A DNA stretch of 63,963 nt, counting the filler, from a candidate division TA06 bacterium SM23_40 (GTDB lineage Bacteria; LJUI01; SM1-40): NCBI GenBank assembly GCA_001303705.1. It is 5 parts of 5 records of this genome, joined end to end, with 100 filler letters (N's around TTAATTAATTAA, not from the genome) between each part and the next. Parts side by side here need not be neighbours in the genome. Positions count along the whole stretch, not along the records: positions 39,199 to 51,826 come from LJUI01000072.1; positions 51,927 to 63,963 come from LJUI01000074.1; 3 more parts are not named here. The stretch is one strand, 5' to 3'. How positions within the stretch are numbered: the stretch's first letter is position 1; each line of letters begins with the position of its first letter. The position numbers and the translations under genes are program-made. This document shows positions 48,461 through 57,910 of this stretch, piece by piece. The notes under the pieces are model-generated. The model was given only the letters and a program-made list of their open reading frames with translations, had not been told where the DNA came from and made no database searches.

Positions 48461-51253
48461 TCAGTGCTCACAGAGGACGCCGGTTTCCGAAGCCAGTGGC
48501 GATTCTTTGCACATGGGAAGGGTGACCGTGAAGGTGCTCCCCTTCCCTTCTTCACTCTGTACGGTAATCTTTCCTCCGTTTGCCTCCGCCAGGTTCTTCG
48601 TGACCATCAAACCGAGCCCGATACCCCGTTCTTTGGTGGTGAAGAGAGGCTCGAACAGTCTCTTCATGTTCTCGTCGGATATCCCGCAGCCCGTGTCAGC
48701 GACAGAGAGGTGCACCATTGCACCTTCGGCTCTGGCGCCTATGGTAAGGGTGCCGCCTTCCGACATGGCTTGATAGGCGTTCGTCACCAGATTGTTGAGC
48801 ACCTGCCCTATCTGCCGGGAATCGACGAACAGTGGTGGCAGGTCGGGGGGTATCGAGGAAGTCAGGGTTACATTCTCGGGCGGAGGTTGCCGTTCCAGAG
48901 CCTGAGCCACCAGCGCTGAGACTGAAACTTCTTCCCTCTTGGGGGGCTTCGCGCGCGAGAAGTCCAGGAGATCTGAGACTATGTCCGTAGAATTTCGTAC
49001 CTCCGAGCTGATCAGATCCAGGTACTTCTTGCACTTCTCATCAGCATCGGTGAGCTTCATCTGGAGATAGTAGGCCGCGTTCGAGATCACGCCCAGCGGA
49101 TTGCGGAGCTCGTGGCCTACCGTTCCGGCCAGCTGCCCCAACACGCTGAGCTTCTCCTTACGGACGAGCTGCTCCTGAGTATCTTGCAGCTCCCTGGTCC
49201 GCTCCTCAACCATCTCCTCCAGCCGCTCCGAGTAGGCCTTCAGTCTCTCCTCCGCTCGCTTCTGGGCGGTGATGTCGACAGCCACACCGATGAGGCCGAC
49301 AACGTTGCCACTCCTGTCTCTCATCGGTATCTTATCAGCACGTGCCCATCTCGTTCCTTGAGCTGTCTTGAGCGGCTCAACGATGTTCCTTTTGGCACGG
49401 CCGGACTCCATGACCTCCCTGTCGTCACTCTGATAGCGTTGTGCATACACAGGCTCGACCTCAGCGTCCGTCTTCCCCTCCCACTCCTCTACCGGAATTC
49501 CGGTGGCCTCTGCAAGGGCCTTGTTGACGCGAAGATATCGTCCAAGTCTGTCCTTGGTGAAGATATATGCCGGCACGGAATCGAAGATCGTCTGTAGCTC
49601 CCTGCTCCGTTCGTGGAGCGTTTCCTCCGCTTCCTTCAGCTCGGTGATGTCCCTGTCGATGCCCCTGTACCCGAGGAGTTCGCCGCTCGCACCGAGGATC
49701 GGCACGCCACTCGTCTGAAGCAACACCAACGCCCCGTCCTTGTGGAGGCACCATCTCTCCAGTTTCTCGACCGGGAGCCGGGCTTGGGCGATCCTCGCGA
49801 ACTCCCCGCCAACACGCTCGCCCACCTTGGGCAACATGAAGTCAAAAGGCGTTCTACCGATGACCTCATCTGCCTTGTATCCGAGCAAGTCTCTCACTTT
49901 CGGGCTCGCATATGTATAGATCCAATCGGAATCGACCTCCCACACCCAGTCGCTCGTACTCTCAGTTAGCGCCCGAAAGCGTTCTTCGCTCTCTCTCAGT
50001 GCCTTTTCCGCCCGCTTGCAGCCGACAGAGCTCCCCAGCAGCTCTGCGATAGCATCGATCAGATGCCGCTCTTCCCTTAAGAACGGCCCATCATCTGCTT
50101 CGGGGGCCTCCTCGAGGTAGCCGACCTCAACCACTCCCACCTGGTTTCCTTCGATGTAGATATCGGCCGACAGCCTCCATCGTGTCTCCAGCCACTCGGC
50201 CGTTGCATACTCTTTCCCCCCGAGCGCTATTCTGGCACATGTGATGTCAGGGTACTGCCAGGAGGGCGTGATCAGGTCGATAGTACCCCGGAGCAGTTCA
50301 TCGAGTGATGTCTCGGGATCAGCCATGAGCCGGGAGATGGCGAACAGGCAGTTGAGTTCCTTGACACGTTCCCGAAGCTCGTAGGTCCGCTTTGCGAGTG
50401 CTTCCTCGGCCCACCTCCGCTCAGTGACATCCCGGTCGATTCCTCGAAACCCGACGAGCTCTCCTGTATCATCGAGGATCGGCACGCCGCTCGTCTCGAG
50501 CAGAACCAGACGCCCATCCTTCCGTATGTTCGAGTTCTCCATCCTCTCGAAGGCTCGTCTCCGCTGGACGAGCACGGAAAACTCCGCCCTCACACGCTCA
50601 GCCTCCTCAGGCGGCAGAAAATCGAACAGGGTCCTGCCCACGATCTCCTCAGGTTCGTATCCCAGGAGTTCCCTGACTTTGGGACTGGCATACGTATACA
50701 CACCATCGGCGTCGACTTCCCAGATCCAATCGCTCGTGCTCTCCGTGAGCGCACGGAAGCCCTCCTCACTTTCCCGAAGCGCGCGTTCCATCCGTATCTT
50801 GTGGGTGACATCTGTGTCTATCCCTCGATATCCGAGGAGCGTCCCCTTCGCGTCGACAATCGGGACCCCGCTCGTCGATATCCAGACTGTCGTGCCGTTC
50901 TTATGAAGAGCACGGCTCACATAGTCACAGAAAGGCTGACGAAAGGCGAATACTTCGAGGATTGCCTTCGCGCGCTCGTCCCGATCTTCGGGATGGAGGA
51001 GATCGTAGAAATGCCTGTTCAGCAGTTCATCAGGCCTGTACCCCAGAATCTGCTCAACATATGCACTCGAGTAGGTGTACTTCCCCGCTGCGTCAACCTC
51101 CCAGAACCAGCCGGAAGCGTTGTCTGCGATATCGCGCAATCTCTCTTCGAGCTGCCTCCGCTCGGCCTCGGACCTCTCCAGCTCCGCGACCCGTCGGCGC
51201 AGCTGCTTCAGCACATTGCGGCGCGCTTCATCTGTCGTCTGGTCACCTCTCAC
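48461..51253 (-). CDS. Multi-PAS sensor histidine kinase
   Basis: Four PAS domains, LRERVKELNCL...WQYP GAF-like segment, GHELRNPL, NLVTNAYQAM, DTGCGI, GLGL; GTG start with SD GAGGAG. Confidence 0.94.
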   Translation of the reverse strand: MRGDQTTDEARRNVLKQLRRRVAELERSEAERRQLEERLRDIADNASGWFWEVDAAGKYTYSSAYVEQILGYRPDELLNRHFYDLLHPEDRDERAKAILEVFAFRQPFCDYVSRALHKNGTTVWISTSGVPIVDAKGTLLGYRGIDTDVTHKIRMERALRESEEGFRALTESTSDWIWEVDADGVYTYASPKVRELLGYEPEEIVGRTLFDFLPPEEAERVRAEFSVLVQRRRAFERMENSNIRKDGRLVLLETSGVPILDDTGELVGFRGIDRDVTERRWAEEALAKRTYELRERVKELNCLFAISRLMADPETSLDELLRGTIDLITPSWQYPDITCARIALGGKEYATAEWLETRWRLSADIYIEGNQVGVVEVGYLEEAPEADDGPFLREERHLIDAIAELLGSSVGCKRAEKALRESEERFRALTESTSDWVWEVDSDWIYTYASPKVRDLLGYKADEVIGRTPFDFMLPKVGERVGGEFARIAQARLPVEKLERWCLHKDGALVLLQTSGVPILGASGELLGYRGIDRDITELKEAEETLHERSRELQTIFDSVPAYIFTKDRLGRYLRVNKALAEATGIPVEEWEGKTDAEVEPVYAQRYQSDDREVMESGRAKRNIVEPLKTAQGTRWARADKIPMRDRSGNVVGLIGVAVDITAQKRAEERLKAYSERLEEMVEERTRELQDTQEQLVRKEKLSVLGQLAGTVGHELRNPLGVISNAAYYLQMKLTDADEKCKKYLDLISSEVRNSTDIVSDLLDFSRAKPPKREEVSVSALVAQALERQPPPENVTLTSSIPPDLPPLFVDSRQIGQVLNNLVTNAYQAMSEGGTLTIGARAEGAMVHLSVADTGCGISDENMKRLFEPLFTTKERGIGLGLMVTKNLAEANGGKITVQSEEGKGSTFTVTLPMCKESPLASETGVLCEH

Positions 51254-51611
51254 CGTGTGCTCCTCTGCAGAAAAAGTATGTGCGTGCCTACGGTCATCCC
51301 GCACACCAATACGCCGAGATGAGAAGAAAGACTCCGTCCATGATCCCGGCGTGCGCAGCCCCACTGGACGTGCTTCGCCCTCAGACAGTCCGCGGCCTAT
51401 CAGGGCTATGCTCCTGAAGCCACGTCTGGTCTCGCGGATATGTCGGCCGGGCTTCTCTCGGGCTGTCCGAGGGTCTCCTACACCTCCGACAGAATTTGAC
51501 TAATCTTGACGCTATTTTCAAGGGGGGTAGGTCCGCGGCAGTGGGCCGTTCGCAGTGTGAGGAGACTAGAGGGGGCCGATCATCAGCAGGGTAGTGACGG
51601 CAGCACCTCTC

Positions 51612-51826
51612 TTATCGGGGGGTATCCAGTCCGGTCGGGGTGGCGCATCGCGTGTCGCGGCGGTCGCCATTCGGACCTGCGAGGTTGAGGCAGTAGCGCT
51701 CCACGTCGCGGACCATGCGGCCGCGAGAGTGGCGCTCGATTGCGGCGGCCCGGGCCTCTCTGCCCAGGCGTGCCCGTGACTCCGGCTCGGAGAGAAGAGA
51801 AAGAATGGCCGCGGCGAGCTCTTTCG
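51612..51826 (-). CDS. GT4-family glycosyltransferase, C-terminal fragment (5' lost in gap)
   Basis: Hand translation KELAAAILSLLSEPESRARLGREARAAAIERHSRGRMVRDVERY. Confidence 0.7.
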
Positions 51827-51926
51827 NNNNNNNNNNNNNNNNNNNNNNNNNNNNNNNNNNNNNNNNNNNNTTAATTAATTAANNNNNNNNNNNNNNNNNN
51901 NNNNNNNNNNNNNNNNNNNNNNNNNN
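51827..51926. other. Artificial contig linker
   Basis: N run with central TTAATTAATTAA. Confidence 0.98.
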
Positions 51927-52003
51927 CACTTCCTGCACTCGGCACGCTGCGCCGCCTGCCTCAGCTCGGAAGCAACCCTGTCCAGGACGTCCTTCTTGTT
52001 CAT
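51927..52003 (-). CDS. N-terminal fragment of an unidentified gene, cut by the gap
   Basis: MNKKDVLDRVASELRQAAQRAECRK; too short to assign. Confidence 0.45.
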
Positions 52004-52072
52004 CTTCACTGGCTCGCGATCCCTCGGTCCCTCTGGGCCTTTTACCCGGTGAGCTGCGGAATTAGCGAGAAC

Positions 52073-52582
52073 CTACAGAACCTTCCACGCGAGCCCCAAC
52101 GCTTCTCTCTCGCCGCGTGGTGTGCGAGGAGAGGCTCCGAGATCCTTACGCATCTCGATCGTATTGAGGATCCCGTACCCCTCGGCGCGCGCCAGCGCTA
52201 TCATCGCGACGTTGTGGGGCGTACACGAGATGCAGGCGATCTCCTGACCGTTCTCGAGAAGCCACCGCTCGAAGTGGCGGATGAGCGCACGAGCGACCCC
52301 CTGGCGGCGGACCTCTGGAATGATGTACAACTCTCTCGTGAAGTAGAAACCGTCCCGCCGTTCCCAGCGCCGGAAGCCGACGGGCAGTCCTGTCGGATCG
52401 ACGGCAACGAAGTAGCCCGCGTCATCACGGCCCAGGTACCGCGCGACCTCCTGCGCGGCTTCATCGAGCGTACACCCGCCCTGTCCGCCGATCAACAGGC
52501 TGTGCTCATCTCGAAACTCCCGGACAAGGTGAGTAAGACCTTCTCTGTCCGATGGAGAGGCGGCTCGTATCCGAGTGTCCAT
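52073..52582 (-). CDS. GNAT acetyltransferase
   Basis: IRAA, ELYIIPEVRRQGVARALI, NVAMIALARAEGY. Confidence 0.88.
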   Translation of the reverse strand: MDTRIRAASPSDREGLTHLVREFRDEHSLLIGGQGGCTLDEAAQEVARYLGRDDAGYFVAVDPTGLPVGFRRWERRDGFYFTRELYIIPEVRRQGVARALIRHFERWLLENGQEIACISCTPHNVAMIALARAEGYGILNTIEMRKDLGASPRTPRGEREALGLAWKVL

Positions 52583-52706
52583 GCCGCGCCCCTCAGCTGA
52601 GATGGAGGCCGCACCATCGTCCGCGGAGACGGAATAGGGCTGTGTATGCAGGCTCTACAGCCCGTCATCCCCCCATTCCGCCCCGTCCGTTCCTTGACAA
52701 CAATGC

Positions 52707-53147
52707 CTATCGCGCGATGAGTTCCTCGACGATCTCTGCCGCATCACGCACGAATTTCGGGCAGCGCGTCGTGAACAGCTTCTCATCTCTGGCCTGCCTG
52801 TACCCCTCCGGGGTACCTATGTCACAGCCGAGCAGCTCCCTGCAGATAATCGATCCGTGACGTGCCCTGAATTTCTCGGCGAACTCCCTCGTGAGCGCAT
52901 AGGCACGTTCCTTTGACTCCCTGTCCTCAGCCCTAGCAGCCCCGTGTTTGAGCCCTATCACCATGTATGCACCGGTCACGGCCCCGCATGTGTTCCCCAT
53001 CCGGCCCATTCCCCCTCCGAAGGGTCCCGCGACCCTCAGGGCGTGCTCGCGTTCTATGCCGAGCTCAGTTCCATACGTGGAAAGAATCGCCTGGGCGCAG
53101 TTGAATCCCTTCTCGAAACAATCGGCGGCAGCTTCCACTCTCTTCAT
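52707..53147 (-). CDS. C-GCAxxG-C-C family putative redox protein
   Basis: FEKGFNCAQA, FGGGMG, TCGAVTG, GSIICRELLG, CPKFV. Confidence 0.92.
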   Translation of the reverse strand: MKRVEAAADCFEKGFNCAQAILSTYGTELGIEREHALRVAGPFGGGMGRMGNTCGAVTGAYMVIGLKHGAARAEDRESKERAYALTREFAEKFRARHGSIICRELLGCDIGTPEGYRQARDEKLFTTRCPKFVRDAAEIVEELIAR

Positions 53148-53183
53148 CTTCCGGTTCCCTGTTATCGAAGTCGTTCGACTCAC

Positions 53184-53330
53184 GATTACGCACGTGCTCG
53201 GTCCGATTACGCACGCGCTCGGTCCGATCACGCACGCGCTCTGTCCGATTACGCACGCGCTCTGTCCGACTACGCACGCACTCTGTCCGATTACGCACGT
53301 GCTCTGCCTGATTACGCACGCGCTCTATCC
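53184..53330. repeat. 21-bp tandem repeat x7, consensus GATTACGCACGCGCTCTGTCC
   Basis: Seven contiguous near-identical units; the last contains the stop codon of 53312..54028. Confidence 0.95.
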
Positions 53331-54028
53331 GCGAACACGCCGAGCACGGATTTCAACTGATCTGCGAAGAAGCGGGAATCCTCAGTATTGAGCTTCTTCA
53401 GACCTTCCACTGCCTCCTTGAGCTGCTTCTCGCCTTCCTTTCTGCCCGATCCCTCGAGTATTCTCGCTATCCCGAGGTACCCCAGGTTCATGAAGACACT
53501 CGCATCATCTTCTGCTTCTCGTGCCTTCTGTTCCGCGGTGGAAAAAGCATTCATCGCCTCATCGTACTTCCCGGCCGCCACGTACTGTGCCCCCAACGCC
53601 CAGTGCGCCGCCGACAATACAGACGGCTCTCTCCCCAGTTCGCGAGCTAATCGGAGGTTCAGTTTCGCTGCATCGAGCCCCACCATGAGGTCCGGTGGCG
53701 TGATGACGATGCCCTCCTCCTCCCACCCCGGCCAGGTGAATGAAGCCAGGTTGTAGGCAAGGGCTTTCGCGGTCCCCCTCAGTGTCGCCGCCAGTTCCGA
53801 CTCCCCCTCCGGCACATCCTGAGCTCTGGTCAGGCAGTATTGGATCCCCGCTCTGGCGATAGTGACGACCTCCGGCAGTGCTCGTTCTTTCCAATAGAGG
53901 TGTTTGACGAGCTCGAGATAGCTATCAGCTACCGCCGCCGGCTCACCTACCTTGTGGATCAATTCGATCGCCTCATATGAGTCGCCCTCCCGAAGCAGCG
54001 TCCTCACGTCTGTCAAGAGCTCCGCCAT
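53312..54028 (-). CDS. TPR-like helical hypothetical protein
   Basis: AKALAYNLASFTWPGW, GLDAAKLNLRLARELG, AHWALGA; SD AAGGAGG. Confidence 0.82.
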   Translation of the reverse strand: MAELLTDVRTLLREGDSYEAIELIHKVGEPAAVADSYLELVKHLYWKERALPEVVTIARAGIQYCLTRAQDVPEGESELAATLRGTAKALAYNLASFTWPGWEEEGIVITPPDLMVGLDAAKLNLRLARELGREPSVLSAAHWALGAQYVAAGKYDEAMNAFSTAEQKAREAEDDASVFMNLGYLGIARILEGSGRKEGEKQLKEAVEGLKKLNTEDSRFFADQLKSVLGVFADRARA

Positions 54029-54154
54029 CTCAGCATCCTCCTTCCCTTCTCTTCTGGAGTGTTGGTCGAACGAGACTACAGCGACAATCGTGCGTGGCCG
54101 AGCAAACGTTCACTCTATGTGCACTGATCAGCGAGCTGCCTCCGGCGGCTCTCC

Positions 54155-54314
54155 CTACTCCTCGAGCGATTTGTCTATGTGTTCCAGCTCCCGCACAAGG
54201 AAGAAGTTGAGCACCGTCCGTATCCCAACGATAGCACCAAGCATCCCGATGTCATTCCACCCCTTCCAGGATATACGCGACATACTGGGCCGTCGTCTTC
54301 ACGATTTCATGCAT
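54155..54314 (-). pseudogene. DUF1622-like membrane protein remnant with an internal deletion
   Basis: N-terminus MHEIVKTTAQYVAYILEG joined out of frame to the C-terminal motif WNDIGMLGAIVGIRTVLNFFLVRELE. Confidence 0.7.
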
Positions 54315-54381
54315 CGGTCGTCTCTCCTGTGCGAACCGCGGGTCGGAGCGTCCTGTGCCGCGTACCTTCTTCGAGGACGGC

Positions 54382-55049
54382 CTATCGATGCGCCGCGCAG
54401 ACTGCGAGCTGTTTTCGCGAATTCGACTCAAATGGCGTCCGATCGTAGTCCCCGAATTTCGAGTCGATCCTGAATCCACTCCACCGGAGAAGCGCATCGA
54501 GTTCCTGCGGGAAGAAGATGCGCACGTTGTTCTCGACGATGCGCTCCGGCTGGGTGCCGATCTCGTAGTGCCACTTGATTCGATTCACCTGCGTGGCGCG
54601 ATCATATTCATTGCTTTCCGTGATGACTACTTCTCCGCTCCCGTCCGGATCGTCATATCGGGCGACAGGATGGCGCTCCTCTGGATGTCTCGTGAGGATA
54701 GTGAGGAGAGGATTGAAGAATTCGACGATGAACCTCCCCCCTTCTTCCAGGTGCCTGCGGACGCAGGAGAAGCACGACCTGATACTCTCCAGGCTGTGGA
54801 GGTCGCTGCCGCCGCCTTCTGTCGTGCCCGGGCGAGCATGGGCTCTGAGGCATCGAGCCCGGTGATCCGGTACCCGCGCTTCGCGATGGGAATGGCGACT
54901 CTGCCTGTCCCACACCCGAGCTCGAGGACAGGGTCACCCCACCTCGATACCTGGTCGAGGTAGAACGGGATGTCCGCCACGTAGTCTCCATGTTGGCTAT
55001 CGTAGTGGCGACCATCCGAGTACAGGTCGTGGCAGTCGATCGGCTCCAT
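54382..55049 (-). pseudogene. Class I SAM methyltransferase with internal deletion and frameshift near 54804
   Basis: One frame gives VLELGCGTGRV...GLDASEPMLARARQKA; another gives LHSLESIRSCFSCVRRHLEEGGRFIVE...FGDYDRTPF. The intervening motif II/III segment is absent. Confidence 0.82.
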
Positions 55050-55112
55050 GACCCGTCCTCTCCGCTCCGCACCGGCCGGGTTGTTGCACACTCTGACTTG
55101 GCACCCGGGCGC

Positions 55113-56204
55113 TCACGAGCCATACGTCCAGCTCTCATTCCTCGAGAAACGCCAGGTTCGCGGGAAGAGGGCGTCCAGAAGGTCGACAGCCGGACCGGGG
55201 AGCGATGTATGGTGCAGTTCGCTCAGTTCCTCTGCTGAGCGATATCCGGTCACGAGCTGGGCGAGCCCAGATGACGGCCACGCAATGGAGGGCAGCTCCG
55301 GCCTTCTCTCCTCCCCCACCACTACCTCCGAGCCGGATCTCACAACCGTCACGTCGCCGGCATCAGTATCCAGACAGACTCCGCCTTCGAGAACCGCCTC
55401 CCCGGTCCAATCGGCAAGGACCTCGCGCACCAACCCACGGGCATCGAGCACCTTTATCCAGTCGGCGTCGGGGATCGAACCACGTTCCGGATCAGCACGC
55501 TGAAGGGAGACCTGCGCCCCGCAGGCCCGCGCCAGATCGGTGAACGGGGTCTCCGGCGACGCGTACATCGGGTACCGGGACCCGTAACTCGGCGCGGCCG
55601 GATGCTCGAACAGGATCCTGGCCTTGCCGCGCTCACGGGCGATCGCGGCAGCTGTCTTCAGAGCGGCCCTGCACTCAGAGAGCTCGGTCGCCCTCACCTC
55701 GGTGACGACGAGAAGGCCTTCCGTGATGTGTCTGCTCTCGTCGATCACGAGGAGCTCCGACCCACGTCCCGAGGCCCCCGTGCCCATCTGCCTCTCGATG
55801 GCGTCTGGCGTTATGAAGATACCGGAATGATATGTGAAGACATCAAACCCGAACTGGCGATAGAGCTGATGGCGCCCGTGCGTGACGACGATTGGGATCC
55901 CCGCGGAGCGGAGCCGGGAAAACGCATGCGTTACGATCTCCCGGAAATGACCCTCGCCCCGCCGGTCTTCGCACGTCGCCACATCGGCGATGAACCCGTA
56001 CCGAACATCCCCGCCCGGGAACTCCATCTCCTTCTCGGGATCGACGAGAATGAATGAGACAGGGGCCTCATCTACGACGCGCACTACTGCCCACCCGGGC
56101 GGCACATTCTCCACATCGGCAGCGTACGACCGCCGCATGACCTCTTCGATGGCAGAGCGCCCCTGTTCTGTCTCTGCAGTAAGGTAGGTGGCGGCGTGAC
56201 TCAT
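55113..56204 (-). CDS. GNAT (Eis-like) acetyltransferase
   Basis: GFIADVATCEDRRGEG, HGRHQLYRQFGF; C-terminal LAQLVTGYRS...LDALFP. Confidence 0.82.
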   Translation of the reverse strand: MSHAATYLTAETEQGRSAIEEVMRRSYAADVENVPPGWAVVRVVDEAPVSFILVDPEKEMEFPGGDVRYGFIADVATCEDRRGEGHFREIVTHAFSRLRSAGIPIVVTHGRHQLYRQFGFDVFTYHSGIFITPDAIERQMGTGASGRGSELLVIDESRHITEGLLVVTEVRATELSECRAALKTAAAIARERGKARILFEHPAAPSYGSRYPMYASPETPFTDLARACGAQVSLQRADPERGSIPDADWIKVLDARGLVREVLADWTGEAVLEGGVCLDTDAGDVTVVRSGSEVVVGEERRPELPSIAWPSSGLAQLVTGYRSAEELSELHHTSLPGPAVDLLDALFPRTWRFSRNESWTYGS

Positions 56205-56500
56205 CGTCCCTCAATACTCCGGTCAGCGTCCCAGGCGTACGAAGAGCTCAAGATACGGAGAAAGGTGGGCGCAGATCGCGTCATCCAGCGTCCCCCGCGT
56301 ACGACGAACTCAATGTGGCGTACCGGCGGGCTATTCCAGCTGGGAGATGATACGCGCCGGAGTCGCCCTCCGTCAACGGTTTTCCTGAACCCTCCGGCGG
56401 GCGGCGCGTAGGGCGTTCGAGGCGGAGCCATCGAGCTCCGCCCCGTCAGGGATTCCGTTCTTAACCGGTTCGCGACAACCGCGGAACCGGCCAGGCTTCC

Positions 56501-56640
56501 CGCGATCTCAGAAGAGGAACCCCCAAGGAACGCGACCGATCCGACTGCCCATACCAGCTGCCCGGCCGTGCGCGATCTCAGAAGAGGAACCCGCAAGCAA
56601 CGCGATCGACTAGATCGCCCATATCAGAAGTCTGGCCGCC
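56501..56640. repeat. 70-bp tandem duplication, two diverged copies
   Basis: Both copies begin CGCGATCTCAGAAGAGGAACCC (56501 and 56571) and stay similar across the unit. Confidence 0.85.
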
Positions 56641-56986
56641 TGGCGGCTCGTTTTTTTGGTCTTTTTTCGGTGGGCACCGCCTTGACTTTCTGGCTTTTCC
56701 TGGTCATATTGTGCTGGTAAGCCCTCATCTGTTCCTCTCTTGTTACTCCGGTGGACCCCCTCATTTCCCCGGTTTTGACCGCCTCGACGGCCAGTTGTGA
56801 GCACTCATCTATGAGCATCCAGTGTAGATCGGCCTCCGTGACCGAACTTGGGGCGCGCCGAAGGAAGGTGTGCCCTGACGGAAGCCGATATGTTGTTTGG
56901 ACTTGCGCAATCCGTGATCCCTCTGGGCCCCAACGGGTTGCTCGCTCATCCTGGGCGACGCCGTTCTGCTCGCGCCATTGCCGCAA
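56624..56986 (-). CDS. Hypothetical protein or gene remnant
   Basis: 120-aa ORF with TTG start after GGAGGAGG and a basic C-terminus; in-frame stops just upstream. Confidence 0.35.
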   Translation of the reverse strand: MRQWREQNGVAQDERATRWGPEGSRIAQVQTTYRLPSGHTFLRRAPSSVTEADLHWMLIDECSQLAVEAVKTGEMRGSTGVTREEQMRAYQHNMTRKSQKVKAVPTEKRPKKRAARRPDF

Positions 56987-57052
56987 GTCTATGGTCTATA
57001 GCCTCCTCCGGATCCCGCGGACAGAGAGCACGATCCGCTAGTTCGTGCCAGC

Positions 57053-57721
57053 TTGTGGCCGAAAACTGCTGTCCAGGGACCAGTCCAGGGCAGGGCTCGG
57101 TCCGCTCGGGGAGAGTTCAGCACCGGGGAGGAGCACGGCATCAGAGGGGGACAGACAGAGGGCTACGTCAGTAGATCACCAACCGCGCGAGACTGTGGTT
57201 CCATCCGCCAGGGAATCCTCGCTCGCCCATACGCCGAGGAGCGAAGCTTGGAAGTCAGAATCTGCGTGAAACCCGCAGCCGACATAATGACGGGACCCGG
57301 CCCCAACCATCGGGTAGATGAAGGCAGTCCACTCATAGAGGGGGAAAAGATATATGTCCTGGAAAAACGGGGCAGTTGGGTACGATTCAGACTGACGCCT
57401 CGTGACGACGGGTGGTCGGGCTGGGTGAAGAAAGAGATGACCGTCCCGGAATCGGCGCACGAGCTTGCCAAACTGCATTCCAAGGTGGAGCGGTTTCAGG
57501 ATCTGGGCTTCATCAGAAGAATGGATCTCGGCACGGGCAACTTCTATGTTGAGCCTCAACTATGGGCGGCAGCCGAACCTCAGGTGAAGATGAACATCGT
57601 TACCACGTTATCCGAGTATTCAGAATTGAGCGGCAAATCGCCCCTGGTGGAGGTCAAGGATGCCGATTCGGGCCAGACGCTGGCAAAGGCAGGTCGGTTG
57701 GGGATCAAGGTGTACCTGTGA
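57053..57721 (+). CDS. SH3b-domain protein (start uncertain, possibly 5'-decayed)
   Basis: ADIMTGPGPNH...LIEGEKIYVLEKRGSWVRF...SGWVKKE. Confidence 0.7.
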   Translation: MWPKTAVQGPVQGRARSARGEFSTGEEHGIRGGQTEGYVSRSPTARDCGSIRQGILARPYAEERSLEVRICVKPAADIMTGPGPNHRVDEGSPLIEGEKIYVLEKRGSWVRFRLTPRDDGWSGWVKKEMTVPESAHELAKLHSKVERFQDLGFIRRMDLGTGNFYVEPQLWAAAEPQVKMNIVTTLSEYSELSGKSPLVEVKDADSGQTLAKAGRLGIKVYL

Positions 57722-57910
57722 CTGCGCCGCGGTTGGGCTATGGCGACCGCGGCTCGCCGCACGGCGGAGAGCGTTCCTCTCCCAGGACGTTCTGGTGAGC
57801 GTCAGGTGACGTAACACTGCTGACGCGAGGGCCGTCGCGTTCGCCCCGGGGTTCAGGCAGAACGTCCGAGTGGAGGCCGTCCCCACAGGCCGTTTCCGCC
57901 CGCGATATCG

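Noticed and set aside
13082-51926. Repeated TTAATTAATTAA motif
   Set aside because: Always embedded in N runs; a synthetic stop-in-all-frames linker.
56201-56596. 131-aa ORF upstream of the GNAT gene
   Set aside because: Overlaps a duplication and has no coherent family signal in any frame.
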